Sequence record: OR896837.1
From: Escherichia phage vB_Eco_mar004NP2
Length of the DNA: 64,000 nucleotides
Direction: 5' to 3' (one strand)
Shown here: piece after piece, positions 28,960-38,199 of the stretch
Layout: each line of letters opens with the position of its first letter
How positions within the stretch are numbered: position 1 is the first letter of the stretch
Program-made: the position numbers and the translations under genes
The notes under the pieces: generated by a model
What the model saw: the letters and a program-made list of their open reading frames with translations, nothing else
Database searches by the model: none
Told to the model about the DNA's origin: nothing

Positions 28960-31290
28960 TTAAATAGTACAACCACCGGATGCACAACCGGCTGCTTCTT
29001 CTCCAGCACCTCCACCATTTGCGGTATTGAAGTTAGCATAATACCAAGTTTTCCACCCATACTTAACAGCAGTCATGAAATCACGAACTACTACTGGGCC
29101 AGGAATGATTTCATTCTCAAACTTGGTGTAGTCATAGTACATATTAGTACTGATAGACTGACTGAAGAATTTCTGCATAGTTGCTACCCACTTGATCCAC
29201 TCGATACGATCTACATCATAGGCCAGTTTATAGCTCATTAACGTTTCCCAATCGGTTGCACCTGGAGCAATTGCAATTACTTTATTTACTGCACTACCCT
29301 TGATAGATACAATCTTACGAGGTGGTTCAATAGAGTTAGTAACACCTAACAGAACAGAAGAACTTTCTCCCGGCATCTGAGCAGTCAGAACAGAGTTACG
29401 CATACCATATTTCAGAATATCTGCACGTAGAGACTCCCAATCCATTTCTAGACCTACGGATACCAGTTCATCAACAGTTTTCTTGTACGTGTCGATTACC
29501 AGAATTCCTTTAGATGGTTTAGTACGATCAAACCACTCACATGCACCCTGTTCTTTAGCTAGGCGTACAGAGGCTTTATGCAGGAAGTAAGACAGTTTTT
29601 CAGCCTCACGGTGAATCCAGTTACGGGCTTCAATACCTTCATAAGCCAGACCTTCTGCTGCCATTGCACCTGCTGCGTTCATCAGTCCAATACCAACATT
29701 ACGACGTTTCTTAGCCGTATATTCCATAGTTGGGAACGGATAATCCTGGATTTCAATAATTGTATCAACGAATTTCAGGAGGATGTAGCAAGTTTTTTCC
29801 CACTCAGCCAGAGATTCCATGCGTCCAAGTACAACACCACCTAAGTTACACAGAGATACTTCACCAATATCCTCCGGCTTCATTTGATCAAGTTGTTCTT
29901 TTGTTTTATACAGTTCCGTGATATGGTGGAACGGGCGTGTAGGCTGAGTAATCTCAACACAAAGGTTTGTCATACGGATCGGATCAAGGAAATTACCGTG
30001 ACGATTAGATTCCCCGATGTGATGCGCATACATACGTCCTGTTTCCATTCGGATACGTAGCCAAGTATCTAGGATTTCTTTTGCAGAGACTTTAGGAGCT
30101 GCTGGAACTGTTTTTCCTTCGTGGTCGATCTTTGTAAGAGATGCCACACGTTTCTCCGCTGCCACGTAGATTTCTTCAAATTTAGCCTCGTCATCACTAT
30201 AAAACGCTTCATGAACTTCTGGAGCATAGAAGTATGACATTAGCGTAATATCTTCGTTTTTAAGATAACGTTTTAACAAAAGATTGTTAAAGCTCAGAGA
30301 ATAATCCATCTTATCGATTTTATTCTCATCTGTAGCACGTTGTTGCTTAACCTGCATCAATTGAATGATTTCAGGGTCGAAGTACGGATAAGACACTGTG
30401 GCAGAACCACCACGAGTTTGCTGAGTATTGGCCTTTACTGAGCGGTCAATGTGTCGATAATATGGCAGTTTTCCGGAATGCGGGAATGCCCCATTTCGCA
30501 CCGGATCAGCAATTGATCGGCTTTCAAGATGATACCCGATTCCCGCTCTGGCTGCGACCATTTTGAAGACGATGTGCTCGGCGGTGTCGATTGAATCCAA
30601 CGTGTCAGTGGAATCCACGAGGCAGCAACTAGCAAATCCACGGTCACTAGAGCGCAGACCAACCAGTGGCGGCGTAGGAACGTTGATTTTGTGGAGTGAC
30701 ATTGCGTTGTAGAGGTCGATTGCATCTAGAATTGTCCAGCTAGGTTGAGATAACATCGCCATTGCCATACCCATGTAGGCAAACTGCGGAGTTTCATAAA
30801 TTTCACCAGTGGCTATGTTACGACGGGAATACTTATCAAAGAACTGTTTCAGTCCACCACTAGTAAAAAGACGGTCACGATCATGGTCGATAACCTGATT
30901 CAGAGCTTCGAACTGCTCATCGGTAATCCATGCACTCATGTCTTCCCATGCACCTACGCTAACCATATGGTCATGGAAGAAGCGTAGAGAAGGTGGTTCG
31001 AAAGAGTCGTAAAGGCGTTTACGCATTTGCGCAAGACGTAATTCCTTTGCTGGCACATCGTATGCTGGGTTATCTTTGATAAGACTTTCAGCAGCTTTAA
31101 TTAATGCGTCCATCAGAGTGTCGGAATCTACAACCCCCTTAGGCAGAGTTTTTTGAGCAGCCATAGTAATGGCTGACCAACTTACATCAACTGTTTTGCA
31201 ACCATACTCTGCCCAACCATTGAGTTTTTCAGGAGCAAAGTCTTCTACAGTACCGTCACGTTTAATTACTTTTTCAATGCGATGGCTCAT
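28960..31290 (-). CDS. nrdA: ribonucleotide reductase large subunit
   Basis: ATP-cone N-terminus MSHRIEKVIKRDG, class I catalytic motifs, C-terminal Cys pair; start set at ATG 31290 with RBS rather than track start 31395. Confidence 0.9.
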   Translation of the reverse strand: MSHRIEKVIKRDGTVEDFAPEKLNGWAEYGCKTVDVSWSAITMAAQKTLPKGVVDSDTLMDALIKAAESLIKDNPAYDVPAKELRLAQMRKRLYDSFEPPSLRFFHDHMVSVGAWEDMSAWITDEQFEALNQVIDHDRDRLFTSGGLKQFFDKYSRRNIATGEIYETPQFAYMGMAMAMLSQPSWTILDAIDLYNAMSLHKINVPTPPLVGLRSSDRGFASCCLVDSTDTLDSIDTAEHIVFKMVAARAGIGYHLESRSIADPVRNGAFPHSGKLPYYRHIDRSVKANTQQTRGGSATVSYPYFDPEIIQLMQVKQQRATDENKIDKMDYSLSFNNLLLKRYLKNEDITLMSYFYAPEVHEAFYSDDEAKFEEIYVAAEKRVASLTKIDHEGKTVPAAPKVSAKEILDTWLRIRMETGRMYAHHIGESNRHGNFLDPIRMTNLCVEITQPTRPFHHITELYKTKEQLDQMKPEDIGEVSLCNLGGVVLGRMESLAEWEKTCYILLKFVDTIIEIQDYPFPTMEYTAKKRRNVGIGLMNAAGAMAAEGLAYEGIEARNWIHREAEKLSYFLHKASVRLAKEQGACEWFDRTKPSKGILVIDTYKKTVDELVSVGLEMDWESLRADILKYGMRNSVLTAQMPGESSSVLLGVTNSIEPPRKIVSIKGSAVNKVIAIAPGATDWETLMSYKLAYDVDRIEWIKWVATMQKFFSQSISTNMYYDYTKFENEIIPGPVVVRDFMTAVKYGWKTWYYANFNTANGGGAGEEAAGCASGGCTI

Positions 31291-31411
31291 TTGGCTTTCC
31301 TTTTTATAGTTATCAGGATTTAAGGAATATTCTACTTTATTATCTGTCATTAGGCAAATAAAATTTTCTGATAGAAAAGGCCCGAGTATTTTCATACCCA
31401 GGCCCTGTATA

Positions 31412-31723
31412 TTACCAGTCTAGCTTTTTAGCTTGTTCAATTACTTTAGCTCTAGCTACTTCTTTTAATAGAATATCTATAGAGGTGCTCAGCTCGTTAT
31501 AATTGAATGGTTTATTTGGATTTGAGGTTACAATTTTCCACGCTAGGGTTGTCTTAGGACTTTCTTTCCCTTCCTTACGTGTAATCATATTAGCAGCACT
31601 CAGTGAAGTACGATGTATTTTAGTTTTACGGCTCAGATGAACGACGTTTCCCATATTACACCTTTCCCATATCTTTAAAAATATCATAGAATGCTTTAGA
31701 CTCAACAGAACGAACGTTATCAA
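31412..31723 (-). CDS. hypothetical small protein
   Basis: ORF; overlaps phoH 3' end so true start is probably internal. Confidence 0.3.
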   Translation of the reverse strand: MITFVLLSLKHSMIFLKIWERCNMGNVVHLSRKTKIHRTSLSAANMITRKEGKESPKTTLAWKIVTSNPNKPFNYNELSTSIDILLKEVARAKVIEQAKKLDW

Positions 31724-32408
31724 TCAATTCGATCATTGAGAATGGGGCATTTTCATATTTCTCATAGACTTCCATAAGGAGTGCTAGACCTGAGTCACCT
31801 TTAATGTCTTTCTGAGCTATATCTCCGCAGATAATTAAACGGCAGTCTTGCCCTACACGAGTTAGGAGACAAATCATTGCCTCAACGGAAATATTCTGAG
31901 CTTCATCGACAATTACATAGGAGTTGTTGAAAGTTCTGCCACGAGCATGTTCGACAGCCAAAAATTTAATTTTCTGACGTTCGACATATCCCTTATAGGC
32001 ATGATCGCCGATGGCCCATTTCATACCATCAGCTATTGGCTCTAACCAAGGCTCTAGCTTTTCCGCCAGATCACCAGGAAGCATACCAAGAGACTTACCT
32101 AGAGGTTCATTAGGACGTACGAGAATCACTTGCTCAATATCTGAGTGAATGTCTACGAGTTCCTGAGCTGCAAGAACGGACGGAATAAAGGTTTTACCAG
32201 TACCTGGCTCACCGATACCCACAGTCACTGTGTTGTTCTTGATCATATTGATATATGATTTTTGCTCGCGGTTTTTACCTACTAGGGATTTAGCAACTGG
32301 GTTAGCGTAATCATTAGAAAAATTAGTCTGAATTACGTTATTCTCATATTTGTTGCCACGCTTTCTTGAACCATTGCGGTTCTCTCTTTTTTGACGTGCT
32401 TTTCCCAT
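31656..32408 (-). CDS. phoH: PhoH-like ATPase
   Basis: Walker A GEPGTGKT and Walker B VIVDEAQN; start set at ATG 32408 after AGGAG RBS. Confidence 0.8.
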   Translation of the reverse strand: MGKARQKRENRNGSRKRGNKYENNVIQTNFSNDYANPVAKSLVGKNREQKSYINMIKNNTVTVGIGEPGTGKTFIPSVLAAQELVDIHSDIEQVILVRPNEPLGKSLGMLPGDLAEKLEPWLEPIADGMKWAIGDHAYKGYVERQKIKFLAVEHARGRTFNNSYVIVDEAQNISVEAMICLLTRVGQDCRLIICGDIAQKDIKGDSGLALLMEVYEKYENAPFSMIELIDNVRSVESKAFYDIFKDMGKV

Positions 32409-32481
32409 AAATAACACTCCTATAGTGTACTTCGCTAACAGAGGATCAACAAAAAGATCTTGTTTATCAACTTACAAATAT

Positions 32482-32510
32482 ATTATACCAATATATACAG
32501 TAAAAAGCAA
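32482..32510 (-). promoter_or_regulatory. sigma70-like promoter reading leftward toward phoH
   Basis: Reverse complement gives TTGCTT, 17-bp spacer, TATAAT. Confidence 0.45.
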
Positions 32511-32622
32511 CTACAATTTTAAATAAGCCTATGATATTGCATTTAAATAAAAAATTTGCTTGCTTTTAACGTGAGATGTGTGATACTAGATAATCATTTT
32601 ATATCGCGTGTACGAGTGCGTG

Positions 32623-32651
32623 ATTATACAATTTTTAATAGAGATTGGCAA
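32623..32651 (-). promoter_or_regulatory. second leftward sigma70-like promoter
   Basis: Reverse complement TTGCCA, 17 bp, TATAAT. Confidence 0.4.
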
Positions 32652-32702
32652 ATAAAATTTTTTGACTCAGATCATGTTACAGAACTTTATAGTAAAATAT
32701 TG

Positions 32703-32731
32703 TTGACATCTGCCCTCGAATGAGTTATAAT
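32703..32731 (+). promoter_or_regulatory. consensus sigma70 promoter for nrdD
   Basis: TTGACA, 17-bp spacer, TATAAT, then GGAGAG RBS and ATG at 32761. Confidence 0.65.
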
Positions 32732-32760
32732 AGTAGTCTTAGTTATAGAAGGAGAGTATA

Positions 32761-34635
32761 ATGAATCGCAATGAAGAACTAAAGTATAAAGAAATGCAGG
32801 CGTTAATTAGAAACTGCAAAGAGATTATCGAAGGGTCAGCAGATGAAGAGCTGCTGTTTAATAATGCCAATAAACCCTCAGAACGTTTCCCTACACAAAG
32901 GGATATGCTTGCAGGTGAATTGAGTAAGTATCTGATTCTAGAAGAAATGCCAATTCAGATTCGAAATGCTCATATGATTGGGGATATTCATTTCCATGAT
33001 GCTGATTATGCTGCATTAGGCATGACTAACTGTTGCCTGGTAGCTCTGGAAGATATGTTGAAGAATGGTATGAAGGTTGGTAATGCTGAAATTAGCACTC
33101 CAAACTCTATCACTACTGCGGCGGCTATCACTGCTCAGATTATCACTCAAGTTAGCTCCCATCAGTATGGTGGTACTTCTGTAGATCGCCTTGATGAAGT
33201 ATTAGCACCTTATGTTCGTAAATCCTATGACAAAAATCATGCGTTTGCAAAACGTTGGACTAAGGATGAAGCCAAAGCATCCGTAATGGCTACGGAGATG
33301 ACTGAAAAAGAAGTCTATGACGCTTGTCAGGGTTTAGAATATGAAATCAATACCATGTTCAACTCTAATGGTCAGAGTCCGTTTATTACCTTTGGTTTTG
33401 GTCTAGGAACTTCTTGGGAAGCACGTCTAGTACAGAAAGCAATACTGAAAGTACGCATGGATGGTTTAGGTATCAATAAGCGTACAGCTATCTTCCCGAA
33501 ACTGGTATTTGTACTCCGTGATGGCGTTAACATGAAACCAGGAGATGTTAATTATGACATCAAGAAGTTAGCTATGAAATGTACTGCTGAACGTATGTAT
33601 CCAGATTATATCAGCTATGATAAGGTTGTGGAAGTTACTGGAGACTATAAAGTTTCTATGGGCTGCCGTTCATTCCTAGCTGCTACAGAAGATGGTGAAA
33701 CTGCCGGTCGTAATAACTTAGGTGTTGTTTCTGTAAACTTGCCTAGAATTGCTATCGAAGCTGAAGGAAATATTGACCTATTCTTTGATTTGCTTGAGCT
33801 ACGTGTGGATACAGCGTTAAAAGCATTGGAGTGGAGAGTTGATCGCTTAAAATACATCCAAGCTAAAGCTGCGCCCATCCTCTATATGTCAGGAGCCTTT
33901 GGACTGCGCTTGGAGCCTGATGAATATGTATTCGATCATTTCTATAACCGTGCTTCTGTATCTCTAGGGTATATTGGTTGCCATGAAATGCTACAGTTCA
34001 TGTTTGGCAAAGATGTAGACACAATGTCCGAGACCTGCATCAAGTTTGTTCAGCGTGTATTGCAGTACATGCGGGATAGAGTCGATCAGAAGAAGGAAGA
34101 AACTAAGTTAGGTTATAGCCTGTATGCTACACCATCAGAATCCCTATGTGACCGTTTTTGTCGTCTAGACCGCGAATATTTCCCGGAGCATGAAGATATT
34201 CTGTCTAAAGGATACTACACTAACTCGCACCACCTTGATGTAGAACGTAAGGTTGCTCCCAATGTGAAATTTGATTATGAATCTAACTTTACGCCTATTG
34301 CTTCTGGTGGGTGCATTTCCTATGTAGAACTACCAGATATGAAACGATTCCCAGATGCACTGGAATGGGTTATTAATTATGCTGCTAGTAAAGTTCATTA
34401 CTTCGGTATTAATACTCCAGTGGATTCTTGCGGTAAATGTGGATTCTTAGGTGAAACAGTAGCATCCGAAGATGGGTTTAAGTGCCCTATCTGTGGTAAT
34501 CATGATCCCGAAACTCTTGAAGTAACTCGCCGAGTTTGTGGGTATCTTGGAAATCCAGGTGCTCGTCCATTTAACCCTGGTAAACAGCACGAGGTTATGG
34601 GCAGGGTGAAACATCAGGATATTCGAGCTAAATAA
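32761..34635 (+). CDS. nrdD: anaerobic ribonucleoside-triphosphate reductase
   Basis: C-terminal glycyl-radical motif RVCGYLGNP; Zn-ribbon cysteines CGKCG...CPICG. Confidence 0.9.
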   Translation: MNRNEELKYKEMQALIRNCKEIIEGSADEELLFNNANKPSERFPTQRDMLAGELSKYLILEEMPIQIRNAHMIGDIHFHDADYAALGMTNCCLVALEDMLKNGMKVGNAEISTPNSITTAAAITAQIITQVSSHQYGGTSVDRLDEVLAPYVRKSYDKNHAFAKRWTKDEAKASVMATEMTEKEVYDACQGLEYEINTMFNSNGQSPFITFGFGLGTSWEARLVQKAILKVRMDGLGINKRTAIFPKLVFVLRDGVNMKPGDVNYDIKKLAMKCTAERMYPDYISYDKVVEVTGDYKVSMGCRSFLAATEDGETAGRNNLGVVSVNLPRIAIEAEGNIDLFFDLLELRVDTALKALEWRVDRLKYIQAKAAPILYMSGAFGLRLEPDEYVFDHFYNRASVSLGYIGCHEMLQFMFGKDVDTMSETCIKFVQRVLQYMRDRVDQKKEETKLGYSLYATPSESLCDRFCRLDREYFPEHEDILSKGYYTNSHHLDVERKVAPNVKFDYESNFTPIASGGCISYVELPDMKRFPDALEWVINYAASKVHYFGINTPVDSCGKCGFLGETVASEDGFKCPICGNHDPETLEVTRRVCGYLGNPGARPFNPGKQHEVMGRVKHQDIRAK

Positions 34636-34642
34636 GCTAATC

Positions 34643-34679
34643 AGCCGGGTTGCTAGTCGACCTGGCTTTTATTTTATTT
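34643..34679 (+). terminator. rho-independent terminator after nrdD
   Basis: GC hairpin (AGCCGGG...CCTGGCT) followed by TTTTATTTTATTT. Confidence 0.5.
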
Positions 34680-34706
34680 GCTTTCAGCCAAAAATTTATG
34701 TATAAT
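34678..34706 (+). promoter_or_regulatory. sigma70-like promoter
   Basis: TTGCTT, 17 bp, TATAAT, followed by the conserved ATAAATTTGAGAGGAG leader. Confidence 0.55.
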
Positions 34707-34734
34707 TGATTTATAAATTTGAGAGGAGAAAGCT

Positions 34735-34947
34735 ATGAGAGTTCACAAGGTAGATAAAGAACGTATCTATTTTATTATGGATTCTGGGGCGTATGGTTCC
34801 ATTCTCCGTGGGGATATAGCTAAATTATGTTTAGTAAATACTTGGATGGACGAAGGGAAGATTGATCCTAGGGTGGGATTGTGCTTATCTGGGCCCGCCC
34901 TTTATATTGCTAGTGCAGAAATTGAAATGTTTGAGGAACAAGAATGA
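34735..34947 (+). CDS. hypothetical protein (70 aa)
   Basis: ORF with RBS GAGAGGAG. Confidence 0.45.
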   Translation: MRVHKVDKERIYFIMDSGAYGSILRGDIAKLCLVNTWMDEGKIDPRVGLCLSGPALYIASAEIEMFEEQE

Positions 34948-35147
34948 AGAACGTAAAACATCTTAAATATCGCTTAATTTACAACGGACGTATGGAAACA
35001 GAAGACCTGGCCCAGTTAGCTATTAATTCTAATGAGGTTACAGTGCGTGCGCTGGCAATTGAAAAGTTGCGTGCTTCTTATGAAAATCGTGTTATGGAAC
35101 TAGAGGAGAAACTTTATGGCATTCTCGAAGCCGATGCTACCAGATAA
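34944..35147 (+). CDS. hypothetical protein (67 aa)
   Basis: ATGA-coupled ORF. Confidence 0.4.
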   Translation: MKNVKHLKYRLIYNGRMETEDLAQLAINSNEVTVRALAIEKLRASYENRVMELEEKLYGILEADATR

Positions 35148-35337
35148 GGGTTTAAATGCCGCTTTGGAAAACGCATTAATGCAGCATTGGGAAACTGGCT
35201 ATAAGGATGGTGTTGAATCCTGCGCTAATATGCTAGAAGTTATTGCTAATACCTTAATGGAGAAAGGCAATAAAGAATTAGCTGAGCTATTAGACAGTAT
35301 TGGGCAAAACTTCAGAGAACAGGTGGAAAATGCGTAG
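35116..35337 (+). CDS. hypothetical protein (73 aa)
   Basis: ORF. Confidence 0.4.
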   Translation: MAFSKPMLPDKGLNAALENALMQHWETGYKDGVESCANMLEVIANTLMEKGNKELAELLDSIGQNFREQVENA

Positions 35338-36148
35338 ATTAATTATTATTAGCGGTGCGGGTTTGAGTGTTGAAAGTGGTGTACGAGCTTTTCGTACTGA
35401 TACTGCTAGTGGTAAAGCACTGTGGGATGATTATGATCTAGAAGAAGTATGTAATATTCATGCCTTTCGTAGTAATTTTTACCATAAAACCCATATGTTT
35501 TACAACAAACGTCGTGAAGAGCTAAAAACTGTTGAACCCAATCTTGCACATTTGCGTATTGGTGAATGGTATAAACAATATCCAGGTCAGGTAGTAAACT
35601 TGACTACCAACGTTGATGACCTTATTGAGCGTGCTGGCGTTCCACATAGTGACATTCTGCACATTCACGGATATTTAAAAGAGGTTATTGTAGCTGATAG
35701 CTACAATAGTAGCAATAAACGGATTATTGATGTAGGGTACAATTCTATTGATCCAGATGATTATAAATGGGTTAAACCTAATGTAATCTTCTTTGGGGAG
35801 CATGCTCCAGCGTATGCAGAAATGTACAATATTTTTGATGGTATTACCAGTCAAGATATGATCATTGTGGTTGGTTGCTCTAACCAAGTAATTAACTTCT
35901 ACTGGGAATTATTTCCTGTTCTTAATTTGACTGCTGCGAAACTTATGGTTGTTAACTACTATGATAGTGCCCTCGCAGCGGAACCGGGCTATCAAGGTAT
36001 GACTCGTAGTGAGATGTACCAGCTGGAAGAACGTGGTATCCCTTACTGGAGTAAAGGTGCGGTAGATGCTTTCAACGACCCTGATTTTATTGCTCGTGTA
36101 GAAGCCCATTTAGAGGGTAGACCTTATGTGTCGAGAAGCAAGAAATAA
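35330..36148 (+). CDS. Sir2-family (sirtuin-like) NAD-binding protein
   Basis: GAGLSVESGVRAFR, NVDDLIERAG, HIHG, FFGE motifs; no Zn-binding Cys tetrad visible; start set at ATG 35330. Confidence 0.65.
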   Translation: MRRLIIISGAGLSVESGVRAFRTDTASGKALWDDYDLEEVCNIHAFRSNFYHKTHMFYNKRREELKTVEPNLAHLRIGEWYKQYPGQVVNLTTNVDDLIERAGVPHSDILHIHGYLKEVIVADSYNSSNKRIIDVGYNSIDPDDYKWVKPNVIFFGEHAPAYAEMYNIFDGITSQDMIIVVGCSNQVINFYWELFPVLNLTAAKLMVVNYYDSALAAEPGYQGMTRSEMYQLEERGIPYWSKGAVDAFNDPDFIARVEAHLEGRPYVSRSKK

Positions 36149-36240
36149 TGAATGGGATATTTTTATAGCTTAGTCTGGCACTTGGTGTTATATATATGTT
36201 GATACGGTTGAGTATGATACGTTCTTAGAAAGGAACAAAA

Positions 36241-36747
36241 ATGGAAATAAGTAATACTCCAATTATTTTTCTAGACATTGATGGGGTGCTCAATTCGAGC
36301 ATCTCCCATCATCATGCACCTGATAATGAAAAGATTTTCTTTGGAAGTGACTGGGTTTTCAAACCGCTTCTCAAGGCTTTTCAGGATTTTATTCGTCCTT
36401 CTCCGATAATGATTGTTGGAGTATCCTCATGGTTCTCTGTTAGGAATGAGATGGAGAACGTTCAGATTATGACCGGATTAGGTCTTATCGATCGTTTTCT
36501 TGGTACAACTGATTTTACTGGGGGTGGGCTATCTAGAGGTAATTCTGTTCTCCGTTTCGTTGAAAAGCATAAGCTCAAACATTGGTGTGTGCTTGATGAT
36601 GCTGGTGCTACGATGTATCAGTATCCAACGGTTATAGTCAACGGTAGGACTGGGATAAATCTTCAAGATTTAAAAGCTGTTAGCTATATGCTAGAATTTA
36701 GCCCAGATATTGAAATGTGTAAATCCTTACAACAATTTAAGGTGTAA
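36241..36747 (+). CDS. HAD-superfamily phosphatase (nucleotidase-like)
   Basis: N-terminal FLDIDGVLN (DxDG) motif. Confidence 0.55.
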   Translation: MEISNTPIIFLDIDGVLNSSISHHHAPDNEKIFFGSDWVFKPLLKAFQDFIRPSPIMIVGVSSWFSVRNEMENVQIMTGLGLIDRFLGTTDFTGGGLSRGNSVLRFVEKHKLKHWCVLDDAGATMYQYPTVIVNGRTGINLQDLKAVSYMLEFSPDIEMCKSLQQFKV

Positions 36748-36749
36748 AT

Positions 36750-37178
36750 ATGTTCAATAATGTATTCTCTAAAGAAGCTAACCCAATTTTGGTTAACTTT
36801 TGGCGTACTCTCCCAGCTAGCCTGTATAATGAGGCTATTAACTCTTTGAAAATATGGTGTGAGAATAACGAAATCTCCTTTGCTTTTAAGGATGATATTG
36901 ATGAGGCCCCCTGTATTGGTTTAATTGTGCAGGTAGAGGATGGTCTTGAAGAGATTGTGGGCTGGAAAGAGTTAGACGAAATGGGCTTAGTTTTTGCGTT
37001 AAACTATAAGCTGTTTATGCCTGCTAAGCATCGCCTAGTTGTTAACTATAAAACTAGTGAATCTCCTGGTTTTCAGGTTAATGAACGTTATGGTTGGTCT
37101 TACTCACCGGAAGAAGTGAATGAGGGGATTCAGAAACTTCGCCGTTTCGGGTATATGATCCCAGGTTTAACTGCTTAA
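36750..37178 (+). CDS. hypothetical protein, paralog A of tandem pair
   Basis: Shares SF(A/T)F...(D/P)C.G...W.EL..MGL...LN..LF...PGL with the next ORF. Confidence 0.5.
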   Translation: MFNNVFSKEANPILVNFWRTLPASLYNEAINSLKIWCENNEISFAFKDDIDEAPCIGLIVQVEDGLEEIVGWKELDEMGLVFALNYKLFMPAKHRLVVNYKTSESPGFQVNERYGWSYSPEEVNEGIQKLRRFGYMIPGLTA

Positions 37179-37187
37179 GGAGGCAGA

Positions 37188-37580
37188 ATGGAACAAGTAT
37201 ATTGGCGTCAGATTGATCCTAGTTTGGTGAAGCGTGCTGAGAAGCTGCTACAACGTTGGTTGGGGGTAAAGCAAGCCTCCTTCACTTTTCCAGAGCAGCA
37301 AATAGATGATCCCTGCACTGGCGTTTTCCTGTCTGGATATGCCGGGGAATGGGAGATGGACTGGAATGAATTGTCCTCTATGGGTTTAATTGTTTCCCTA
37401 AATTTCTCTTTGTTCCATCCACGTGGTTTTGCCATATGTCGTGTGCCTGATGACGGTTGTTCGCCCCATCTTTTACAGGTGAAAGATGATATTTGGGAGT
37501 ACACTCCAGATATTCTCAAAGAAGCTAAAGAACAATTAAACCGTGTTGGGATTTATGTTCCAGGCCTAAATGATGAATGA
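37188..37580 (+). CDS. hypothetical protein, paralog B of tandem pair
   Basis: Similarity to preceding ORF. Confidence 0.5.
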   Translation: MEQVYWRQIDPSLVKRAEKLLQRWLGVKQASFTFPEQQIDDPCTGVFLSGYAGEWEMDWNELSSMGLIVSLNFSLFHPRGFAICRVPDDGCSPHLLQVKDDIWEYTPDILKEAKEQLNRVGIYVPGLNDE

Positions 37581-37671
37581 TTTTTACTAGCTGAACTCTG
37601 ATTACCGAGTCATTTTGGCTCGGTTTTCTCTGTACTCAAAGACACTGATAGCACCTTTGGGAAAAATTTAC

Positions 37672-37700
37672 TTGCACGGTGCTCAAAATCTTGATATAAT
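37672..37700 (+). promoter_or_regulatory. sigma70-like promoter at start of a 0.6-kb non-coding region
   Basis: TTGCAC, 17 bp, TATAAT. Confidence 0.55.
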
Positions 37701-38199
37701 ATTTATATTGAATTGAGAGACATTAGTAAAAATTGATTTTGCTAATTTTTCTTGTTTACAATCCGCGATACGGAACAGTTAGGCTGCCCCATTAAGGGTT
37801 GTTTTAACTGTTACGTGTTAGTTTTTAAACAAATAGTTAATAGAATACTTAGCGATCTGCGTCCCGTAGGAACCCTGGTAAGGCCTCGAAGCAACCTAGA
37901 TAGAGGTGGTTGTGAAGTGAGACGGGAGGAGTGAAAAACTCCGAGACGTGATTCTGTAAGTTATATTGCATCTAGTATGAGCTAGTATATGAAGCATTAG
38001 GTGAGCAAATCTGGCTTAGCGGCCATCCTCAAGGATTTGTGCGGTATAGCAAAGCAGCAGCGCAGCGTGAAAGTGGAAGTTGCCACCCCACTTCAGTATT
38101 TGCGATTAATTTGTTGAGAAATTGACAGTAACAGTTGTTCTATTCTTTCTGAATAGTCCTAAAGAAAACTTATTTCATTTCCAACACAGGAGTATTGTT

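Noticed and set aside
28960-31395. Long N-terminal extension of NrdA from the track start at 31395
   Set aside because: The ATP-cone begins at MSHRIEK (ATG 31290), which has its own RBS; the upstream 35 residues look non-homologous
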